NCBI RefSeq assembly: GCF_001447785.1
Contig: NW_015170281.1
Location: forward strand, 269,522-333,521
DNA length: 64,000 nt
From: Gekko japonicus
Lineage: Eukaryota
Direction of reading: 5' to 3'
Shown piece by piece: positions 25,961 to 37,215 of the stretch; the first letter of the stretch is position 1, and each line of letters begins with the position of its first letter. The notes below the pieces were generated by a model. That model ran no database searches and was not told where the DNA came from. It saw only the letters and a program-made list of their open reading frames with translations. A program made the translations under genes and the position numbers.

Positions 25961-26880
25961 CTAATGAACTGGCTTCTAAAAAGGAACAATTCACTCACTG
26001 TTGTAATAAACTGTAACATATCAGCTTTAGCTAAAAGGAAGAGAAACTGAAGAGGGCTGCAATGTGTGAGAATGGCATTTTTAGACAAGAACTGAAGCAA
26101 TCAAAGTGAATGGTGTATACATAGTAGTTATACAGAGCAGGTTTGATCTTTTTAATAATAAAGATGTTTCTTGACAGATTTGTCTTCAGTAATATATCCA
26201 AACTTAGAAGACTGTTGGCAGATGGATGGATACCGTTTTACAACTGAAAGTGGAATTAATTCACCATGTTATAATTTCTGCTAGAAAGCAGCACTTTTCT
26301 GAAGAGGCAACATTTTGGGAACGAATGTTAAGTTTATATTTAATTAAAAACCTAAACTTTTTTCCCCCTGAGAATAAAATTGTTTAAAATTCCCCATCTC
26401 TTGCCTTTGAATAAGATACAAATCGTCTCCTTTCCTTCTCCTGTATTGTGATATCTCATTTTGATTGACACCCAACCCCTCCTCCATAAATGAGGTCATG
26501 GAATTGGATGCAGCACTTTGGATGGCAACTGATGGAATTCAGCTTTGACCATTCCTTTGCATACTAAGCTCCATTCAAATTTTAATTCTATCAAAGATAG
26601 AATTATAAGGCACATAAAGGAACAAAGCCTAGTGAGGGAAAATTAGCATTGCTTCTGCAAAGGGAATTCCTGCCTCACCAACCTTTTGGAGTTCTTTGAG
26701 AAACTGGACAAGCATGTAGATAATGGAGATCTGGTAGATATTATATACTTGTACTTTCAAAAGGCTTTTGACAAGGTACCTCACCAAAGACACCTGAGTA
26801 AATCTAGCGGTCATGGGATAAGAGGATGTGTTCTGTTATGGATTAAAAATTCATTAAATGACAGGAAGCAAAGAATAGGA

Positions 26881-27070
26881 CTCATAGTCATAGAATCATA
26901 GCGTTGGAAGGGGTCATACAGACCATATAGTCCAACCCCCTGCCCAGTGCAGGACCAGCCTAAAGCATCTCTGACAAATATTCCTCCAGCCTCTTCTTGA
27001 AAGCTGTCAGTGAAGGGGAGCTAACCACCTCTCTATGCAACTGATTCCACCTTTGAACTACTCTGACCGT
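26881..27070 (-). mobile_element. Second CR1-family 3' end inserted antisense within the CR1
   Basis: catagaatcatag = reverse complement of the (ATTCTATG)n tail, followed by the CR1 terminal region. Confidence 0.8.
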
Positions 27071-27570
27071 GAATAAATGGACAGTTCCCACAATGGAGGG
27101 AAGTAAGCAGAGGGGTCCTCCAGGGATTGGTTTTGGAGCTGGTACTATTTAATTTGTTCATAAATGATCTGGAACTAGGGGTGAGTAGCGTAGTGTCCAA
27201 GCTTGCAAATGACGCAAGAGTATTCAGGGTGGTGAAAACCAAGGCTAACTGTGAAGAGCTCCAAGAGGACCTTCATAAACTGGGTGAGTGGATGACAGTG
27301 TGGCAAATGAAGTTCAGTGTTGGTAAGTGTAAGGTGATGAAGTTGGGATTTTTTTGTCCCAGTATGCAAGTATAGGCTAACGGGATCTGGACATTCTGAG
27401 AATGAGAGGGAAATTAGATCTTGGGGCCATAGTGAATAGCCCAGTGTGCTGCAGCATTGAAAAAGGCAAACTCTGTGTTAGGGAGTATTAGGAAAACGAT
27501 TGAACATAAGACAGCCAATATTGTAATGCCCCTGTATAGATATATGGTGTCGCCTATTTTGGAATACTAT

Positions 27571-27973
27571 GGCCCCAGTCACACGAGAGGATTCGGGCCA
27601 GGAGAGGGACAGATCGGGGGTGGAGCAAACAGGCACGATCCCACCGCAACATCTGGGAAGCGTTGCGCGCCCGTCCCCAATCCATCCCTTCTGACGATAA
27701 CCCGCAGCAAAAAGGCCACATCAAAGCCGGCCGTGGGATCGCCGGCGCATCCTTCCACCGGCGCATCCCCGGCTCCTGGCCGAACTGCGCATGCTCAGAC
27801 ATGTGCAGCTCTGCAGCCTCCCGTGGCTTTCTCCCCGGTCTCTACAGCATCTGATCGTGCCAGGGAGCAATTGCACGGTGGCTCATGGGATCTGTATGAT
27901 CCCGCCGCCGCGTGCCTATTTCGGTGTCAACCCATCCTTGCCCGTCCTTTTTTCCCCTCGTGTGGCAGGGACC
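27571..27973. mobile_element. CpG-rich Harbinger-like MITE (GGCCCCRGTCACAC TIR), 3-bp TSD tat/tgt
   Basis: Interrupts the CR1 sequence tactgtgtacag; TIRs visible. Confidence 0.8.
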
Positions 27974-28680
27974 TGTGTATAGTTCTGGTCACTGTATCTC
28001 AAAAAGAACAACACAGAGCTGGAAAAAGTACAGAAGAGGGCAATCAAGATGTTTAAAGGGCTGCAGCACCTTCCTTATGAGGAAAGACTGAAGAATCTGG
28101 GACTTCTCAGTTTAGAAAAGAGACAACAAAGGGGGGGCATGATAGAGGTCCATAAAATTATGCATGAGGTGGAGATAGTTGACAAACAGAATTTTTTTCT
28201 CCCTCTCCCAAAATACGAGAACTCGAGGGCATCCCATGAAGCTGATGAGCAGTAGATTAGGGACAGACAAAAGGAAATACTTCTTTATACAGAGGGTGAT
28301 TAAAATATGGCATTTGCTGCCAGAGAATGTAGTGATGGCCAAAGGCATATACAGCTTTAAAAGGGGAATAGGTAAATTCATGGAGGATATGTCTATCAGT
28401 GGCTACTAGCCATGGTGAGCAAAGGGAACCTCCATGTTCAGAGGCAGTCAACCTCTGAATCCCAGTGCTGGGAGGCAACATCAGGGGAAGGCCTCTGCCT
28501 CCATGCCCTGTTGTTGGACCTCCAGAGAAACTGGTTGGCCACAGTGTGAGACAGAATGTTGGACTGGATAGATCGCTGGTCTGATCCAGCAAGGTTCTTA
28601 TGTTTTTAAATATCCTTTAGGTACATAGAAATATAACTCCAAAGTGAGGACATTTTCATCTACCTTTCTTTGTCTACTGT

Positions 28681-29121
28681 GTTCCTGGTCACACTGGCGG
28701 AAAAAGCCATGCCGGAAGTGCGGCTTCTTACAGGGACCAAAGGAAAGCACGGCATCGGGATCAAACACTTCCCCTGAGCCACCGCACATATTCTGTCTGG
28801 TGTGATCACATGGCTGGGGGAAGCGAGGCAAAGATGGGCGAGCCAAGGCTGCTGGAGTATTCGTGCACATGCGTAGTCCAGCAGTCCTTCAAATAACACG
28901 GGCTGCCGGAGCGTCCGCGATCCCATGCCCGGCCTTGCTGCAGATCTTCCGTTAGGTACTACATTTCCCCTAATACCTTTTTGATCCGCGTTTTCGGCCG
29001 GAAGGGACGGGTTGGGGGCGGGGGCACAACACTTGCCAGATGTTGGCATCTGATTGCACCCATTTGATGTGCCCTCAACCCATCCGCTTTGCGGGGCAAA
29101 TCCTCCCATGTGACCGGGGCC
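28681..29121. mobile_element. CpG-rich Harbinger-like MITE, TSD TGT
   Basis: gttcctggtcacac / atgtgaccggggcc, tgt on both sides. Confidence 0.8.
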
Positions 29122-29237
29122 TGTGCTGGTTTTCTATTTTTATGGGGTGTTTCACATGGGGAAGGATTTCAAAATGTAAGCCTTCATGATACTTCACCTG
29201 CAATCTACTGTTGTACTATCCATTCTGCCACCTTATA

Positions 29238-29455
29238 GAGAACCAGTATGGTGTAAAGCTAGAGAGCTGGAGTATGACTGGGGGGGGGCAGGTTTAAATT
29301 TCCACTTAAGTAAGTAGCTTATTGGCTGACCTTGGGCCAATAAACAATCCTTTCTCAGCCTAACAAATCTTACAGCAATGCTCTGAGCTTAAATGGAGAA
29401 GGGGACAACAACCTATTCCACCCTGTATGTTCCTCGGAAGAAGGGTGGGATGAAG
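29238..29455 (+). mobile_element. Old tRNA/CORE-type SINE
   Basis: tggtgtaaagc..tgaccttgggcca..tctcagcctaac. Confidence 0.6.
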
Positions 29456-29799
29456 TGGGACAAGCAGGTATTCTCCACTCAGTCTCCTGCATGTGTATAT
29501 CTGGTCTTGCTGATACACATTTTCTACCAATTTCCCTGTAATAAGCTTGTCCAGGCAGATGGGCATCCACATTATGCCCTCCCCCTCTTCTTCACATGCA
29601 TGATACTGCCAAAAGGGAGGAGGAATATTTCCTCTCTGCAACAGAAACAGCACTTAAAGAAAGAAGCACTGAATGTAGTACTTTTCACATGACAAAGATG
29701 TAATGTAATATAATATAAATTCTGGGAGTGTGATTGCAGTGGCAAATTCCTTCCAAGACTCGCATACATTCACTAGACCGTGTAGCCTTGTTTAAAAGT

Positions 29800-30029
29800 T
29801 TATTTACTCTAGTTATATCCCACCTCTCTTCACAAGCCCCCCCCCCAAAGCAGCTTACATCATTCTCCTCTCCTCCATTTTATTCTCACAACAACCCAGT
29901 GAGATAGGTTAGGCTGAGAGAGGGTGATTGGCCCAAGATCACTCAGTGAGCTTCCATGGCAGAGTGGGGATTTGAACCTGGGTGTTCCAGATTCTAGTCC
30001 AACACTTTAACCACTACACTATGCTGGCT
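29800..30029 (-). mobile_element. tRNA/CORE-type SINE (Squam3-related)
   Basis: gggatttgaacctggg, ttaaccactacac (reverse B and A boxes). Confidence 0.8.
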
Positions 30030-31816
30030 GCATGTATAATCCATGTACAGCATACAGCACACTGAGTAATTTTCATTTACATTCAATGCATGCACATCTG
30101 AATGTGTGGTTGAAACACCACATTTAACCGGGTACTGGTCCCCAGTTTCATTTGTAAAGGGAATGTGTGTTGGCTCTTGCATGTACAGGCAGGATTCACT
30201 GGGGTATGTGAACTGGACTAGTGTATTGTTCCTAACTCTGTACAGACTGCACATCGACAGGGCCTGAATAGGGACCCTTAAAAAGCTATGTGTGTGCGGT
30301 TTGTGCACATACGGAAACTATACACACAGTCTAATAAATGCTGGAATTACATTCACTCTTCGGCATGCCATGAGGCTGTGCATTTAGGTCTTCTGAAAAG
30401 GGTTCATCTTTCTTTTAAATTGCAGAATACCTAAAATGCATGATAGGTTTCCCTTTGGAAATAACAAAGTGTTACAGTTTAATGAAATAAAATGCTAGTT
30501 CTTATTCTTAAACACTATCTCGAATATTTTATTTTGTCAGGTCCTATTACAGTATCATAGTGGAACCAAAACAGCCTAGAAAGTGATCATGTGTGACCTT
30601 AACTTGCAGCCTTACTGGTTAAAATTGGCCTCACCAGTTCACCATCTAACTTTCTAGCTGAGTAAACTACCAATTAAACTGATTATAGCTTGTGCTCTTA
30701 ATATGGTATACCTCTGCACCAGAGTTCCCTTTCCCCCTTTTTAAAAACACAGTTTGCTCCATTTCATACATAGGGGAGTGATACAAAGGGATTAAATGCT
30801 TTGCCTCAGTTACTATGTTTAAACAGGAACTGCCAAATTTAACATGGTAATTACCAAGCAGAAGCAGTGAACTTTCACTTGTAGGAACATTGCTTTTATT
30901 TTTTTTATTGCTTTCTTTGACTGCCATTCTAGGTTCGTTCCAAACTCAACATAAAAGGGAGACCTTAAAGCCTTTCCATGGTTCATTGTCTAAAATGTGC
31001 TTACTGATCGATGGCTCAAGGTGTTTTGCGGCTTTCTCCCTTCTTTCCTCCTATGCTTCACAGCTGTTGCCACAGTGCCTGTCAAGGAAATGGAGGAGAT
31101 AATCCACTTTACATCTTAGATGGCCCGTCTTAACTCTCTCTTTTCTTGGGGAGAGGTGTTTGTAAGCCTGGTGTTTGTAAGCCTGGAAGTCATGGTGAAT
31201 TCTGGGGACCTCTAATAGAGCTGGGATGTTTCAGAGAGGTGGCTTATATTACTTGCCTCTGTGTTCTGGCCCTGGCATTCCTTGTAGGTCACCCTTACAC
31301 TGATGTGTATCCAACCACCTGTGCTTGGAAGGCATACTGATGTTTCCATGCTCCTCTGTGCTTCTGCAGCCCCTTCTAACCCCTGGGCACATCATTCTTG
31401 GGGTCTCGGGACCCATGTGGAAGAATAGCTGTGGCAGTCAGGAGGTTGGAATTAGGAGAGAAAAAGGGACTCATTCCCTTCACTCAGTGGAGTTGCACTT
31501 GCAAAAGAGGGAGGGGTTGTCATTTTTGTCCATGGTCCCTCCTCATTCCAGCCCTCCAATCTAGTCTTCTGTGAGTCCAGTAACCATGGTAATGATCTCC
31601 CCAGGAGTCAAAGCAACCTCTAGGAAGACAGAGGAATGCAGGAAAACCATATTCTGTGCACAGACAGTTGGATACAGACCATTCTTACTGACCAATGGAA
31701 ACACAAGGTTTGGATTCACCTGAGACCAATACATCTCTTGTGAGTTAGGGTGAGAAGGGGCAGAGTTGGGAGTTAGTTGTTGGTTACAAATGATGCACTT
31801 GGAGATCATTAGGAAA

Positions 31817-32260
31817 ACAGCCAGCATGTAATGGTTAGAGTGCTGGACTAGGATCTGGGAGGCCCAGGATCAGACCCCCGCTCTGCCATGGAAGCTGGCT
31901 GGCTGGGTGACCATGGGCCAGGCATGTACTCTCAGCCTAACCTACCTGTGGATAAAATTGAGAACTTTGAGAATGATATAAGCTGCTCTGGGTCTCCAGC
32001 TGCCAACTTCCAAGTGGCACCTGGAGATCTCCTGCTATTGCAATTGATTTCCAGGTGATCAAGATCAGTTCCCTTGGAGAAAATGGCTGCACTGGAAGGC
32101 AGACTGCATGGAATGATACCTTGCTGAGGTCCCTCCCTTCCCCCAACTCCACCTTCCCCAGGCTCCACCCCCCAAATATCCAGGTATTTCCCAGCCCAGA
32201 GCTGGCAACTATCTGGGTCCCCCATTGGGGAGAAAGGTACGGTATAAATGAGGTGAATAA
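31817..32260 (+). mobile_element. tRNA-derived SINE interrupted by a hAT MITE (31996-32212, TSD ctgggtct / ctgggtcc)
   Basis: The SINE body resumes after the MITE. Confidence 0.75.
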
Positions 32261-33739
32261 TACAGATGCTGTGAATTTTGCTACTAACAGATTTGACTGT
32301 CAAATTTACCACGTTCCAAGGTCGTGATTAGATGTCAGCCAGCCAGTGTGTCTGGTTTGTGCTGAGTAGCCAGAAGTGCCTGCAGAACCAGTTTGCACTG
32401 GGTTTTCCCAAAACTGTGTATGTGCAAGGATGCTGCTGATTCACACTGATCAGCAACCATTAACGTCACTAAGGACTACTTAGACAAACACCAAAAGGTA
32501 GGATTTTATTGAAACACGGCATTTGTTGATGACTGATTTATATGATTTGTGAGTGATCTAACTGTCTATTGCTTGCTGAGCAGAGCAGTTACACAGCAAG
32601 GGTGGGGGAGCAGTAGAACTCACTTGGGCTGTGTGACAATCTAAGAGTGTTGTACTGCATGGTTAGGAAAGAATACAATGAAACAACCTTCTGAGCACCC
32701 ATGAACAGACTGATGGCAATATTAAACCAACTGTTTAAAAAAATCAGATCTGTTTGTAATTGGCATTAGGGTACAAGCTGAATCGGTGGGTGTTCAAGCA
32801 CCCTCATAAATAAATAAATAAATTCCTCCCAACTTAGGGTATGATCTGAGAACAATTCGTAAGTGAGGTTTGACCCTATTAGGAGATAACCTGGTACCAG
32901 TGTAGAAATGTTTGCAAGTTCTTTTTTTATACTTCTTGTTATTTCTATCAATTTTCTGCTAACTACCTTTTTGAATCTCATTTATATTTCCTATTTTCCC
33001 CTTAAAATAAATATATTTTAATTGTTAAAGTTAGAAAGAAATGCTCTGCAGATGAATATATTTTTCCAGGACATCCCTGGAAGTTCTTACTTACCCTAGC
33101 AGATTTTGGCTCAAAACCTTCCAGCTCTTGTAAAGACATCGGTTTTGGACTGATGATACATTAATAAAATGTACCCCTGGGAAAGGCACACCTCAGCAGT
33201 TTACGGGTTTTGGTTTATTTTTGACTTTTTCTAAACTTCTCTTTGTGATATTCCCCCTTTTAATATAGTGATTTTTTAAAAATGGGGGCTTTTACAAAAC
33301 TGAAAAGGAGTGTCAGAGGACATAAAGTGAAGTATTTGACATAATTAAATGTAAATCCACATGAATTTAGACACCATGGTCATGCTTAACTTAACTGAAA
33401 GAACTGTTTGAGTAAGTATCTAGAGGGTTTGAGAGAATAAAAGCTGGGGACAAATTTTACCTGGATTTTAAAAAAGCTTTTTTGATACAATACTTTATAG
33501 GAGGCTAATCCATAAAATGATAGTTAAACACACAGGGATGGTGAGCTGCTTTGCCATATTAAACAGTGGCTTGTCTGCTGAATGGGTAGAGAGTATGGAA
33601 ACTTGCAAAAAACCCTCACTGTTAAGTATTTGGCTGATACCATATATTTCTGCTTCAGGTACTATTTATCAGGGAGTGTCCTTATTTTCTTGCCCCCATC
33701 ACTGTCCCTGTTTTTGCCAGCTGGGAATGCCTAACAAAC

Positions 33740-34005
33740 TAGGGTTGCCAGACCCCCCCCCAGTGGAGGCGGGGGACCCATGCTGCCAGGCCAAACCTCC
33801 CTGTCGCTGATCAGATGGCCAGTGGGGGGGACTTACCCCCCAAAGAGGGAGATCCATCCAATGTGCAGCGACATGTGTATGTCACTGCCCATGTGACCCA
33901 GAAGTGATGACATCACATCGGGGACATCAGGGTGATACTCGGTATTTGTGGGGAAAACTCTACAGAAGAAGCCAAATTTACTATATCGTTTTTGCCCAAA
34001 AACCC
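33740..34005 (+). mobile_element. hAT MITE left part (tagggttgcca), followed by a partial Squam3-like SINE at ~34006-34130
   Basis: Perfect TIR at 33740. Confidence 0.65.
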
Positions 34006-35545
34006 TATAGTAGCGGTTAAGAGTGACGGACTCTAATCTGGAGAACCAGGTTCGATTCCACACTCCTCCACATGAAGCCAGCTGGGTGATCTTGGGTCAG
34101 TCACAGCTCTTTCAGAACTCTCTCAGCCCAAAACATAAGCTCAGCTCTCCACCTAGTGGTGCATGATACTAATGAGTTAGAACTTAAGGCCGTCAGACAA
34201 TCTTCGGATCTCCTGTCTATACTACACACAATGCCATACGATGATGACAATGATGACGACGATGATGATTTATTTCAATCTGTTTGCTGCCTAACTGAAG
34301 AAATCTGGGGATCAACTCACCTTGACTGCAGTTGTCAAAGCAGGTAAATTCAACTGATTAATGCATTTGCAGCACAATTCATGGCATCCAGATCATAATG
34401 GATGTATGTCTTCCATTAGCATGCTTTATGTAAACTTGACAGCAGTTTTGCAGCACTGTGATTCAGCAAGAGACAAACTTTTTAATCTGTCATCAGTTGC
34501 GTTTTCATCTCAAGGGCTCTGCAGTGAGCCAGGGTCAAAGGCATCACTACAAGACACTTTTTAAAGCACTTTCTAAGTGTTGCCCTGGAGCCGTCAGATA
34601 AATGTTTCAATCAGTTAAATAGTTGTTCTTATTGAAGCACTGAAATGTCTGTGCTATTCTCACAACACAATAGGACACACAATCAAGCCACACTTTTATT
34701 CCAATTGATTCCAGTTCATGGTTAACTTTCCCCTTTTTATACACTGAGATTTAATTTTGAATGTTTCTATGGAGAACATTTTGTACTGGGCATATGCTGG
34801 GATGGGTGGGGGAAAATGCAAGTGTGGACAGGAGATCTTGAAGAGTGGGATGTCTAGAATGAGGAATGATTCTTCCTCTTCTCAGCCTTTAGATTGAGAA
34901 ACATGCCTTGCTTTGGTATGATATGCACATATTGTTTTAGTCAGCTCTGCTATCTTTGCCCAGAGCAAAAAGTAAGTCCTTAATAATTTAGTTTTACAGA
35001 TATCTCAGAATTATCATATCACAGCTTTAGCCTTAAACTAAAGCTATTCATGGCTTGAACTTAGCTCTGTAGCTTTAAAATTTATGACCTTAGGAACAGA
35101 AATCCTTTTCAGTGCTACCCACCCCAAGTCTCCCAATACATCTATATCTATAGATCAGACCATTGGGGTTTAGATTGATCATTTTTCTTTCTTTGCAAAG
35201 ACTGTGAAAGATGAAACTAAGCTGCTCCGACTAAGAGCCTGTGAACAGTTCTTGTGATCTCAACTTCACTGCCAGTCTTGTCTTCCTAATGTTAAAAGTA
35301 AATGACTTCTCATTTGACAGCCAGTCTCTCAGACACCAGGCAATCATCATCAGGCATCTTTTACAAGCCTCTTGCTCCTGTATATGTTCTATGCAAAGTT
35401 TCTCTGATTGGGTTCCATGGTCACTGGTGCAGTTGAAACTCAGATGATAATCCAGTATAGAAATTGTCAGTGAAATTATTTTCTGTATAAAATCCTAGGA
35501 TTAGATGTATAGATTGAAGGCACTTATCCTTCCTGCAGGTGTTTG

Positions 35546-35755
35546 CTAGGGTTGCCAACATCTAGGTGGAATCTGGACTTCTCACAGAATTAACAACTGA
35601 TCTCCAGACTGCAGAGATCAATTCCTCTGGAGAAAAATGGCAGCTTCAGAGGGAAAATTCTATGCTATACCCTTGATTGTAGGTGAAATCCCTCCCTTCC
35701 ACAGGCACCACCGCTAAATCTCCAGGAATCGTCCAAGCTGGAGTTGGCAACCATA
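35546..35755 (+). mobile_element. hAT-type MITE (TAGGGTTGCCA family)
   Basis: tagggttgccaac / gttggcaaccata. Confidence 0.8.
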
Positions 35756-36925
35756 GTAGTTACCCAAAATTTCCCCCTGGCTGCACATTCCCGGATCCTC
35801 AAAAGAGCCACACTAGTAGGCTTCCCAACATTCTACTGCCTGTTTCGGGGGGGGGGGCTCCAGTTGGGGTGAGGGACTACAATGTCCACTCATGCAGCAG
35901 GATCAGCTATATTGGGGCAAGAGGTAATGCTGCATTTCTCAAAGAGAAAGACATAGAAGTAGCTATTGCATATGAACTGGGCAACCCTGTCACTCAGCTC
36001 TCTCTGCCTGCTTCTTGCTGGCAGTCAAATTATTCCCTGCAGCATCAGGCTCCTATTTGTTTTGTCTGGCTGCCTTTTCAGGCACCTGGTGTGAATGGTT
36101 TTTGAGGGATCAGAGGCTGGCAATGAATGCTGACAGAAACAGGTCTAGTAAAACAGGTTCTGCTAGTGCATACTGCATACAAGAGGTCAGGGACCAGGAA
36201 AACAAGCCAAGCTGAACATCAAGCCAAAATTGTAGGTGAAGTTCTGATGAGATAATCACAACCAAAGTCAATTTTCAAGAAACTGGGTTCAAGAATGGAC
36301 AAGTCAAGCAAGAATCAGAAACATATCAAAATCTTGATCTGAGCAAGCTGAAAAGCATACTTTGGGTGATAACAGATAAAGTAGCTCATTGCAAATTATA
36401 AGGATCAAATTTATAAGGATCAAATCGTGTTCATATTACTAGGGCCTCAATCAGTATAGGAGTTGCACTCATAGTTTTGGAGTTAAGAAACACGAGAGAG
36501 CTTCAAGAAGTTGCCTTCCTGCATGACAGAAGGTTCTACTCCTGTGGATGCAGTTTCCATCCTGTGGATGCAGGTTCCACTCCTGTAGATGCAGTTCCAG
36601 TTTCAGATGCTAGTGTAAAAGCACTATGGATTGGATCCAGACCAGCTTTTCTGTTAACACAAAGCACTCCTGTCAATGGAACAGAAACTTTCTGCCTCCC
36701 CCTCTTCCAGTGATCTTCCCAAGATGCTGCTCATGGGGGACATAAGAACCTCAGAAACAGCATGAAGGAGAAAATGGGGGTGGGAATTACCCCACCTAGG
36801 CTTGCCAACTCCAGGTTAGAAAACTCCTGGATATTTGGGGGAGGAGCTTGGGAGAGTGGAGTTTGGGGAAGGGAGGGAGCTCCCTGGGGATTTTTTTTTG
36901 TAGACTCCATGGTATGCCCCAAAGT

Positions 36926-37180
36926 TAGGTAGGCCAGCCTCCAGGTGGGACCTGGGGATCTCCTGGAATTACAGTTATTCTCCAGACTACAGAGATCAGT
37001 TCTCCTGGAGAAAATGGATACTCTGGAGGATGGACTCCAGATGTTGGCTTTGTACCTCACTGAGGGCCTTGTCCTCCCCCAGGCTCCACCCCCAAATCTC
37101 AAGGAGTTTCCGAGCCTGAATCCGGCCGCCCTTACCCACCCATCCCCCACTAGTGGTCAGCGGGTGACCAGACATCCCTA
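36926..37180 (+). mobile_element. hAT MITE nested in an oppositely oriented copy that begins at 36797
   Basis: Family body sequence present in both orientations. Confidence 0.7.
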
Positions 37181-37215
37181 CATAGATATTGCTCTCCAAA
37201 GCTGCCATTTTCTCT

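Larger units (their letters stand above)
26590..28604 (+). mobile_element. CR1 LINE 3' portion (RT, C-terminus, 3' UTR), degenerate, with nested insertions
   Basis: SCLTNLLEFF, FQKAFDKVPH, LFNLFINDL and TRGHPMKL motifs; CR1 3' end tggtctgatccagc..ttcttatgtt. Confidence 0.93.

Noticed and set aside
27457-28056. 199-aa ORF
   Set aside because: A CR1 frame reading through a GC-rich MITE by chance.
34156-34347. Poly-Asp ORF
   Set aside because: Caused by a (GAT)n microsatellite.
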